This document shows positions 52,491 to 64,000 of a DNA stretch of 64,000 nucleotides, one piece after another (within the stretch, counting starts at the first letter, position 1; each line of letters starts with the position of its first letter). The notes below the pieces were generated by a model, which saw only the letters and a list, made by a program, of their open reading frames with translations, made no database searches and was not told where the DNA came from. Made by a program: the position numbers and the translations under genes. This stretch comes from Eledone cirrhosa (Eukaryota), in contig OZ024740.1 in assembly GCA_964016885.1 (NCBI GenBank), positions 118,668,001 through 118,732,000 on the forward strand. The letters run 5' to 3'.

Positions 52491-53110
52491 TATTTGAAAC
52501 TTCCTTTGAAATCTATCCTTTCCCATATCATGCCGAGTGTCAATGTGACACCTGAGGCAAAATTTGATAATACATGCATTTTACAATCAATTGTCATTCA
52601 AATGATGCCACAAGGTCCCAAACAACAGTAAATGTCTGCAAGATTTTGAAATTGATAATGCCCATTTTAGTGCTGATGAATGGTAAATGACATTAATTTG
52701 TCTTTCCATCTTGTCTAAAAATTTCAGGAAAATAAGCTTATGATAGAGACTTATTTGTTTCTTTAACCTTCTAGAAGTATAAACCAAATCAAGTATCTAA
52801 AATGGATATGCCCCTGACAAATTGGTTAATGCAGTCTTAGATATAAATTTTCAGTAAAAGAAATGACGTAGTCATGTCTGAGACATCTGTGATCATAAGT
52901 TTGCTCAACCAGCACTGACCTCAGAGTAAATAAAATCTTCAGAAAGCAACTACATTCATCAGAATATTGACAGCATTTATTAGATCTTGTCTTAACAGGA
53001 TGTGTTTTGTGTTTCTGTATGGATTATATTTTAGTAATTTTTTTTTAATCAAAAATAGGATGTTAATTTCTGTTTCATATTGAGTGGAAATATTTTAAAG
53101 GGAAGTAAAA

Positions 53111-53399
53111 GATTATCTTCAACATTTTTTGCCACATTTTGGGAAAATGAGATAATTATGCCCATTCATTTAATTAAATTAATATTTTTCTTTTTTGTTT
53201 AGAGCTAATTTAACATAGTTCTATGTATTAGAGTAATAAGAAGAGATGCTCAAAATGATTATCTTCAACACTTTTTGCCACATTTTGGGAAAATGAGATA
53301 ATTTTGCCCATTCATTTAATTAAATTAATATTTTTCTTTTTTGTTTAGAGCTAATTTAACATAATTCTATGTATTAGAGTAATAGGAAGAGATGCTCAA
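53111..53399 (+). repeat. Tandem duplication, ~146-bp unit
   Basis: GATTATCTTCAACA...GAAGAGATGCTCAA at 53111 and 53257, with few differences. Confidence 0.92.
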
Positions 53400-54120
53400 T
53401 AAAATAGTTGTTGCACCAATTAAAAACATATGCCTGTCAACCAAGCATTTGTGGAAATTAAAATACTAATAGACATTAAAAAAAAGGAAAGACAAAGAAA
53501 AGAGAGAAAAAAGATGTCTACCCCCTCCCCACAGTATTCTTTTGATGACTTAAGTTGAACCTATTGTGCTGCAAGCTTTCATGCATTCTTTGTTAGCCCT
53601 AGTCCTGCTTTTGAACACAGACTTGCTCAATGATGTCTGAACTGGAGCTAAATAACCACAACAAAATAGAAGTATCAGCAACTACCAACACAACCACAAC
53701 AATGAGACTCTATCATAAATGCACTTACAATGCCATTCTCTGCATTTGCATACAAACTCCACTGACTGCCTATCTTTCAATTTAAGTCATTCATCCATTC
53801 AAACAACCATTAATATTTGGTACAATCTTCATGTTGGATCAGCTCCTCCTTTCTAATATTTAAAAGGATAGCTGTAAGTAATATGTCAGTTTTTCTTTCT
53901 ATTGTTTTCTAGATGATTATCTACACTTGGATCAGCCATGTTAATAATCTCTATCTGTTTATTTAAAATATAGATTATTTACAGGTGTAAAGACAGCACA
54001 CAGGAACTTTTGCAGGACCTCTCTGAGCATGTGTAGAAGATAAGAGAGGTCTTCACTAATGTTACCCAAAAGAAGTTAGGTATGCTTGAAAATTAAATCT
54101 CACTTTTGGATTTACTCATG

Positions 54121-55689
54121 TATAGAGGTATAAAGTTGATGGACCAGGTCATGAAAGTAACAGAAAGAGTTATAGCACAGTTGATTAGGAACTGGGTGGA
54201 AATAGACGAGATGCAATTTGGGTTTGTACCAGGAAGAGGCACCACTGATGCCCTCTTCCTTGTGAGGCAATTACAGGAAAAGTACCTAGCTAAAAGTAAG
54301 CCACTCTACTTGGCATTTGTCAACCTTGAGAAAGCCTTTGACAGAGTTCCACGTGCTGTAATCTGGTGGGCTCTTAGAAAACTACGAGTAGATTAATGGC
54401 TTGTGAAAGTGGTACAAGCCATATATAGGCCTCGTACATATAGCTGAATATATGCTAGAACTAGAGAATAAATTCCAAACTTGGAAGCAGGGACTAGAAA
54501 GAAAGGGTCTCAAAGTCAACATGACAAAGACTAAGGTCCTTCTAAGTAGACGAGAAAACAGAACCCAGATCCCCTCAGGGAAATGGCCTTGCTCAGTATG
54601 TAGGAAAGGTGTAGGTAGGAACTCCATTCTCTGCCCCAAATGCAAACAATGGGAACACAAGAGATGTAGCGGGATCTCTTGAAGCTTAATTAAGAATGTA
54701 GGCTTCACATGCATCAGCTGTGATGAGACAGCAAGCAGCATACAGCCACAGGAAACAAGTACCACCAAACTCTGGGAGGGCTCTGTAGAAACAGTAGACA
54801 GCTTCTGCTACCTAGGTGACCGAATTAGCAGCGGAGGTGGGTGTTCAGAAAGTACGATAACTAGGGTATGAATGGGATGGAAGAAGTTTAGGGAACTACT
54901 GCCACTGCTAGCTGCAAAAGGCTTCTCCCTCCGAATGAAAGGCAGACTGTATGATGCGTGTATCCGAACAGCAATGTTGCATGGTAGTGAGACCTGGGCG
55001 CTGAAGGTGGAAGACTTACGTAGATTAGAGAGAAACGAAGCCTGCATGCTCCGATGGATGTGTAACAGTAATATACGTGAATGACAAAGCATAAATGAAT
55101 TGAGAGAGAGACTGAGCATAAGAGGAATCAAATGCTGTGTGCAGGAGAGGCGGTTGTGCTGGTATGGACATGTGATGCGTATGAAGGATGACAGCTGCAT
55201 AAAAAGGTGCAGAGCACTAGAAGTTGATGGAAACCGCGGAGTGGGGAGACCCAAGGTGACCTGGGAGGAGGTGATAAAAGCCGACCATACCTAATTACAC
55301 CTCTCAAAGGGAATGACACATGACCGCGTCCTCTGGCGTCACGCAGTAATACAGAGTAGCCGACCTCCCATGGGTACAAGCTGAAGCATATAGACAATAT
55401 GCCCCCACTCCCCCCACCGCAAGGTGGTCGTGGAGGTGCCACGGCAAAAAAGCACCCAGCCCACACTGTAAAGTGGACGTGTAGGCGACACAAAAAAGCA
55501 CCCAGCACTCACTGTAAATGAGGTTAGTGTTAGGAAGGGCATCCAGCTGTAGAAATCAAGCCAAATCAGTTCCTGTATGAGCAAGGCATGGTCAGCCGAC
55601 CAGACACTTCCCACAACAGGACAACCCGTCTAACCCATGCTAGCGTGGAAGAACGGACGTAAAACGGTGATGATGATGATGATGATGAT
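54121..55689 (+). mobile_element. RTE-clade LINE, same subfamily as 41803-43840, RT core deleted near 54430
   Basis: Near-identical to the minus-strand copy but lacks GV.QGSVLSP..YADD. (GAT)n tail. Confidence 0.92.
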
Positions 55690-56242
55690 TGCTCAGAATC
55701 ACAAAGCAGTCTCATTTCATTATTTTTGAATGCAATTTCACTATCATATCTGGGTTTTTACACATATTCTTTTCTTGCCAGCCAATACTTGTTTTGATTA
55801 AGCTATTGTTCAGTGGATCAACAAATTTTAACGCATTTTAAACACAATCTAACCCCCCCCCCCCCCCACCCCCCACCCCACCCACCCATCCCCCAAAAAA
55901 TATTCTAAATGAGACACCATATGGACTCTTTCACACCTCTGTATTCATAGTATGCTAAAACCTGGTTTTATACATTTTTGTTTCAAACATTTGTTCTGAA
56001 ATGTTAATTTTTTAAACACATTTTCTTACTAACTCAATTATAATTTAACTTCTTTAACATAAGAAGCAGAAAGTTTTACTTCTGTTGTGTTGTCTTTATA
56101 TACTATTTATGTTTTAGTTCCTCTGAATTTATTTTAGGCTTCTTTTTAAAAGTCCATATACTGTTCATTCTTCTTCTATTTATTCTGATTTTTTCATCAT
56201 TAGTTTTATACTTCTCGAATCCTGATAATTCTATCTTCTATT

Positions 56243-56245
<3 letters not shown>

Positions 56246-56294
<49 letters not shown>

Positions 56295-56363
56295 ATCTCT
56301 CTCTCTCTCTCTATCTCTATCTCTCTCTCTCTCTCAATCTCTCTCTCTCTCTCTCTCTCTCTC
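56246..56363. repeat. (CT)n microsatellite
   Basis: Direct reading. Confidence 0.95.
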
Positions 56364-56792
56364 CTTCTCCCCCCCCCTTTTCAAGTGCCATACACATCTA
56401 ACCAGATGGTTTTATTGAAATATAACACAAGGCTCTAACTTTGTAATACACATTTTTTATACTCTTGACACCTGCTTACATTTTCTCTTTGCTGCATTAA
56501 TAATCTTTCATTACTCATTTATTCATCTTGATCTTGTCCTTTGATACTCCTCCATTATTCCATCTGACATCTCCAAAACTGTATTACTGAAGCAATGTTG
56601 CAGTATATGTGACTTTCAAGAAATGTTTGTCATATAGGTCTTGTTTGACTAGAGTTTTAATTCAGATTTTAATTTCACCCAAAATTATTTTGGCATATAT
56701 ATATATATGTAAAAATGTAAGTATGCACACGTACACATACACACATATATATATATACATATACATATGTACATATGGGTTATATCAAACTT

Positions 56793-57173
56793 TGATAATG
56801 ATGTTCGATTCATTTGTAAACAAACGACCCAATGTGAAGCTGTGCCATACCCATGACCGATCTTCAACTGTTTGTTCAACACTGGCTTTGAGGAACAATC
56901 AACATGTTTTGGGGCCTTTACCCTATATCAGGACTGTATACCTCTACCAGTCTGTTGAATGGTTGAAAATATACGGTATTTTCTTTAGCACACATCAGCT
57001 GAGTACCCTCATTTGCCTAGTGAGGGAGTTATGGCTGGCCTTGCCGAATATTAAAAATAAAATTGGCAGAGGTATACAGACTGGAAGAGTTATACAGTCC
57101 TGATGAAGATCAATCACCGGCATGACACAGCTTCAAATCGGTCGTTTGTTTACAAACGAATAGAACATTATCA
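56793..57173. repeat. Diverged inverted repeat with HHR-core remnant
   Basis: 56793-56866 plus 56927-56954 match the reverse complement of 57078-57173. CTGATGA lies at 57100. Confidence 0.7.
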
Positions 57174-57288
57174 GTTCAAATTCCGCCAAGGTTAACTTTG
57201 CCTTTCATCCTTATGGGGTCGATAAAATAAAGTACCAGTAATACACTGGGTAATTGCTGGTCTTGTGCCAAAAGTAGAAACAATTATT
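57173..57288 (+). mobile_element. SINE family A, 5'-truncated
   Basis: AGTTCAAATTCCGCCAAGGTTAACTTTGCCTTTCATCC..AGAAACAATTATT. Confidence 0.85.
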
Positions 57289-57344
57289 AATGTTCAATAT
57301 AACCCATGTGTACATATGTATATGTATAAATGTGTGTGTGTATG

Positions 57345-57377
<33 letters not shown>

Positions 57378-57919
57378 ACGTGTGTATACTTACATTTATG
57401 TATTAGCTGTGCTAGGGTGAGAAAGAAAATTCTAATTTTATTTTGATATATGTATATATATGTGTGTGTGTGTGTGAATATATATATATGACAATTGAAA
57501 TTTAGATGCAGTTGAATATAATAAGCTTTGATCACTATGAATGAGAGATGAGAAAATTGGGTAAATTACTCCTAGAGATGGAAAAAGTAGACAGAAGTGT
57601 CCGTAAATATTTAAACCCCACATCATTTGACTGTCTGATAAGTTCATTGAAAATTATTCTAACGAGTCTCTGGCCACTGCTTGCAATTATTTAGAAAATT
57701 TCCTGGTTGACTTAAGAATTATTGAGAAAATTAAAATGTGAAAAGTAGCTATTCCGTCGTATAAGACTATAATAATAATTATAAGTAATCACTACAGATA
57801 ACAATTCCAGGGGTAAATTACTATTTTTGTAACTGCTATTTATAATGATCCACTATGATTATATTCATCTGCATTGGGATGTCTATATTTTAAATTTTCT
57901 TAATAATTTCTTTACAATA

Positions 57920-58082
57920 CAAAACTTTATGATAAATGGTTCATGAGATAGGAATCCCCAAATCTTCATTTTGTGTGTGAATTAAAGTTTGAATGCAACA
58001 TTTCCAATGAACTCGCTCCAAAATGTGATGAGCTCTTAATTTGGAGATTCCTGTCTCATGAGACATTTGTCGTACAGGTTTG
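57920..58082. repeat. Short inverted-repeat element (MITE-like)
   Basis: TCATGAGATAGGAATCCCCAAAT and ATTTGGAGATTCCTGTCTCATGA match at 21/23, with weaker outward extension. Confidence 0.55.
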
Positions 58083-58451
58083 AATGGGGATCAGAGGAGG
58101 GTTTCTTGCAACTGTTCTTCCATTGCAGGGGTGGTTGATGACTGTAGTCTTCCTGAACATTTCTTATGGATGCCATGCACAGTTCCATCTACTGCAATTT
58201 ATAATAACAACATAATTCATTGAACAATAATGATAAAGGAAAGAAAAGAAAGAGGCAGGGCACAATTCCCCACCAACTGCGACAATTGACTGCACCTCAC
58301 ACCTTAGGCAAGCCGACTTTGAGGCAAGCCAACATGCTCGCAACATGTCGTGTATATACAATAAAATCACATTAGGTGCTTTTTTTCAAATCTTTATTAT
58401 TTTTCTTATATAATATGATTTGTATAGTAATCCTTAATCTACCAAGATTTT

Positions 58452-59517
58452 GATGTAGAGGTTATCTCCCTTGCCTGATTCCATGTGCGTATTTCGCTTG
58501 TAGTTAGCCTCTTATCCGCTTGGAAAAAGCTCGTTGATGAAGTAAACTTCCATTCCGCTTGCTCTAGTAGTCTTATATATTTATATGTGAGCTGATAGAG
58601 TACAGTCTAAGGATTTACAGAAACCCAAGAAGCTAGATTTAACACCTTTCTAGTGGGTCCGGGTATGATTTTACATTCATTTAAATTATTGATGTATTGT
58701 TTTATTGATATTTTTTATCTGATTGTCCCGAATCTTCTATTATCGATTTTTTATCGTATGGTTGATTTTAGACTTGTTCTATGTGTGACGGTATTTTAAC
58801 GATAGTTATAGCTCTGATTCATCTGAATTATTGAGCCCTCTGCCGCTCATTTCGAATATTGTTTATCGTGAACTCGTGCGCCGATTTTTCGATACTCGAT
58901 CTTTCTAATATTTTTAGCTCTGGACATAGCTATCCACCAGTTAATTTTATTGCTCATTTTTTGTCGATTCTATTGAGTGATGAATAGCTCCTGTTTTATT
59001 TTAACATGTCTATTGAGCACTCTTATTCGATATGTGTATTTCCACATTTCCTCGAATAGTTTTCGCGGATGTAGAGGTTATCTCCCTTGCCTGATTCCAT
59101 GTGCGTATTTCGCTTGTAGTTAGCCTCTTATCCGCTAGGAAAAAGCTCGTTGATGAAGTAAACTTCCATTCCGCTTGCTCTAGTAGTCTTATATATTTAT
59201 ATGTGAGCTGATAGAGTACAGTCTAAGGATTTACAGAAACCCAAGAAGCTAGATTTAACACCTTTCTAGTGGGTCCGGGTATGATTTTACATTCATTTAA
59301 ATTATTGATGTATTGTTTTATTGATATTTTTTATCTGATTGTCCCGAATCTTCTATTATCGATTTTTTATCGTATGGTTGATTTTAGACTTGTTCTATGT
59401 GTGACGGTATTTTAACGATAGTTATAGCTCTGATTCATCTGAATTATTGAGCCCTCTGCCGCTCATTTCGAATATTGTTTATCGTGAACTCGTGCGCCGA
59501 TTTTTCGATACTCGATC

Positions 59518-59527
<10 letters not shown>
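58452..59527. repeat. Partial tandem repeat, 616-bp period (460-bp near-identical direct repeats)
   Basis: 58452-58911 equals 59068-59527 with about 1 mismatch. Ends at (TA)n. Confidence 0.93.
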
Positions 59528-59557
<30 letters not shown>

Positions 59558-59646
59558 TAAAATAACAGATTAAATTTTAAGCAAAGAATCGCTGCTTTCA
59601 CCTTATCGAGCCCTATTTGGATTTTAGTCTTCAAATCTATTATTAT

Positions 59647-61014
<1,368 letters not shown>

Positions 61015-61048
61015 TATAGATGTATATACGTATTAATTTTTAAGGACA

Positions 61049-61382
61049 CTCTTTGCTCACGAATGACCATGGGAGTTGCACAAAGAAAATTTCCCTCCGA
61101 GGCACAAGTCTGGGCAAGGTTGTTTGTTGAAGACCAGCCCTTGCCCATGCATACCAGCCTTCCCTCCCCTCTCCATACCACCAATGATGTCCAAGGGAAA
61201 AGCAATGGCTGATATAGCTTGGCAGCAGTGACGTCGCAACCCATTTCTACAGCTGAGTAAACTGTGGCAATGTGAAATAAAGTGTGTTGCTCAAGGCCTC
61301 AACGCATCACCCGGTCCAAGACTCAAACTCCCAACCTTCTGATTGTAAGCCCAATGCTCTAACCACTAAGCCATGCACCTTC
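61049..61382 (-). mobile_element. SINE family B
   Basis: Reverse-complement homolog of 17327-17670. Confidence 0.8.
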
Positions 61383-61483
61383 ATATATATTACTTTATTT
61401 TTATCTTAATCATTTAGTCTTTCTTAAATGATTAAGATAAAAATAAAGTAATATATATGAAGGTGCATGGCTTAGTGGTTAGA
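61358..61483. repeat. Perfect palindrome (59-bp arms, 8-nt loop)
   Basis: 61358-61416 is the exact reverse complement of 61425-61483. Confidence 0.95.
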
Positions 61484-61516
61484 ATATATGGTGGTTAGAA
61501 TATATATATAACAACC

Positions 61517-61765
<249 letters not shown>

Positions 61766-61966
61766 TGATAGGTACTGGGGTCCATATCATTCCACTGCAA
61801 AGTGGTCGTGCATGTGCCACGCAAAATAGCACCCAGCACTCACTGTAAATGAGGTTGGTGTTAGGAAGGGCATCCAGCTGTAGAAATCAAGCCAGAATCA
61901 GTTCCCGTCCCACCCTTGCAAGCAAGGACAAAGCGGACATAAAATGAAATGATGAAATGATGATGA
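61766..61966 (+). mobile_element. RTE LINE 3' UTR fragment
   Basis: AGCACCCAGCACTCACTGTAAATGAGG..GGAAGGGCATCCAGCTGTAGAAATC, ending in a (GAT)-like tail. Confidence 0.75.
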
Positions 61967-62160
61967 TATATATATATGAAAATATAATAATGATACTATT
62001 TATAGTTATGTATATACTATACTATAAACAGGAAATGTCAGTGATTTATTACTACCTTATTACCAGTAAGAGAAATAGCTCAATGTAAGAGCATCAGATG
62101 TTTTACAGAGCAGGAATATAAATTACACAAATATCAAAGTTATGGTCAAATCATTTAATC

Positions 62161-62205
62161 GCTGACAATTGTTTCTTCCAAACTTTAGTTTGGAGTCATC
62201 AGAGC
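62161..62205 (-). ncRNA. Type-I hammerhead ribozyme, intact core
   Basis: GCU-CUGAUGA-C-UCCAAAC-UAAA-GUUUGGA-A-GAAA-CAAUUG-UC-AGC. GUC cleavage site, 7-bp stem II. Confidence 0.85.
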
Positions 62206-63381
62206 ATTAGCAATGTTTGTACATATAATTAACCTCCTATTCAACTGAACAATCATATAGATACATATATATTGATGTTGTGAACAACAGTTTAGTATCT
62301 ACAGGGTTTAATGGATGCAACATATATTATACGAGAATTGTACAATAATTCAAATTAAAATTAAAAGCACAGAGTGGAATACATGCAACAGATAATATAA
62401 GATAATATAATAATTAAAGAGGCATTGAGAAAAAAGTACATATTCAAGCGTGTAGAGATTACACATGCATTAGTCATATATATGAGAAGGAAACAAGCAA
62501 AGGTATTAAGAATATATGAATATTGTATGGCAAGGTATTACATAAAATACAAGCACTTTAAGCGAATATGTTAGTGTATTATGGAGGATGTAATGTGATG
62601 ATAGTTTCTGTTGAGTTCAAATTTGTATGTGTGGAGAATATGCAAGTTATTGATTTCCTATCCATTACATATGTTAAATTATATTTTAGTTAATGTTTGT
62701 ATTGAATGTTTTTAGTTAGTTATAATAATGGATTGTAAATAGGTCTTATTGTATTCTTATTCATGGATTAGAATTGTTCTACAGCGAGATTTTCCAACGG
62801 TTTAATATGCGGAAGTGGGAGCTAATGCGTAACGGGAGGTAACTAGCTCATTAAACTATTTAAATTCTTTGCTCTAATAGACCTTATACAGTGTCACAAT
62901 TGAATCCCTTTTACATAATGTTATATATTCATATTTAATTTTAAATACAGTCTACTCTCTCATAATATATTAAAGGTTTTATTAGAATACTAGGCAAGAT
63001 ATGGAATAATGTATAGCTGTTTACATGTCCAATTAGATAAATCCCTTATGTTAATAATTTAATCCTTTATATACAATGTTATTAATTTATACATTTAATT
63101 ATAAATATATATATATAATTCATTGTCACATATTACATTTAATGTCTCTACATATTATATATCCATTACTTAATATATTATAAGTAATCTAAAGTAGTTA
63201 TATTAAAAGGTGGTGACTATATGTTTATTTCTAATAGTTATTGTAGAGTATAATGTTTGAGATAAATAGGAGTTGTGTAGAGGAAAGAGCAAATCAAAGA
63301 GTGTGATGCTGTGGGGGAAGAAAAGTCTTAGAGGTGAAGTGTTAATGGTGGTGAGGAATTCAAATCTGACATTGTTATATA

Positions 63382-63762
63382 CTAGCGGCTAGGTTTATAG
63401 TTATGGAATGAGTGTCGGTAGTGGTGCTGGTATGAGGAAAACACCTCTGACTTTTTATTTAGGAGGTTTAGTTTCGAAAAGATTATAGTACGGGTCTCTA
63501 GAAAACAGAGGTTACATAATTTATTCGGTGGTTTATACGATGTAGCCCTACCTACTACTTCCCATTGAAGTGTATATGGTCTATTCCTAGTTTTCAGAGA
63601 GTGTATGTAGCTAGATAGTGAAGTGGAGTTGGCTAGATTGTGTTTTTTGAAAGAGTGGAGGTGCAAGTTGTATCTCATCTTGAATCGGTTCAAAGTAGAG
63701 CCAATATATGTTTTAGAAGAGTTGTTTGTGTTGACCGTGCAGGAGTAAATGATGTCTTTCAT
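63382..63762 (-). CDS. GIY-YIG endonuclease domain of a PLE (fragment)
   Basis: IIYSC..YIGST..R..E motifs. Confidence 0.75.
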   Translation of the reverse strand: MKDIIYSCTVNTNNSSKTYIGSTLNRFKMRYNLHLHSFKKHNLANSTSLSSYIHSLKTRNRPYTLQWEVVGRATSYKPPNKLCNLCFLETRTIIFSKLNLLNKKSEVFSSYQHHYRHSFHNYKPSR

Positions 63763-64000
63763 TAAGCAATTATTACCTAATGGGAAAGTTCTATTTGATC
63801 TACAGTTACATTTATTTTGGATGTTAGCTTGCCGGTTACTATGTTGTGTAGAAATGTGGTTGCTATGGATAACATTAGGGTAATGATAGTTGTCGTTCCT
63901 ATTGTTAATGATTTCATTAGTGCTATTATCATTATTACTATTGCTACTAGGGTTTATAGGTACTATGTTGTTCTGTAAGTTTACCTCCTGCTGTGCTTTA

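Larger units (their letters stand above)
62020..64000 (-). mobile_element. Naiad-like PLE 3' part (GIY-YIG + 3' UTR + HHR), extends beyond the window
   Basis: KCNCR..PL.NNCL..DIIYSC.V..KTYIGST..FK.RY..H..SF..TSLSSYI..WEVV..CNLC..E. About 1.2 kb of AT-rich UTR ends with an HHR. Confidence 0.85.

Overview
Eukaryotic, AT-rich, repeat-saturated DNA. The SINE and LINE families plus TA/TG microsatellites suggest an octopus or other coleoid cephalopod genome (inference). I found no convincing host protein-coding gene. The window holds one uninterrupted Penelope-like element (PLE) ORF (RT + GIY-YIG, 5244-7190, minus strand) and several decayed PLEs of two types (Neptune-like and Naiad-like). Other elements are a CRE-clade and an R4/Dong-clade REL retrotransposon, several RTE LINE copies whose ORF carries a PHD finger inside the RT, Rex3-like and CR1-like remnants, mariner/Tc1-type transposase relics and two SINE families. 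The most notable signal is about 10 minimal type-I hammerhead ribozyme (HHR) motifs at PLE termini. They include U3-A8 core variants with covarying stems, variants with a C·A mismatch at the base of stem II, and an HHR on each arm of a 484-bp palindrome. Fold-back or inverted termini next to (TA)n arrays recur across the window. All calls are by eye; no searches were run.
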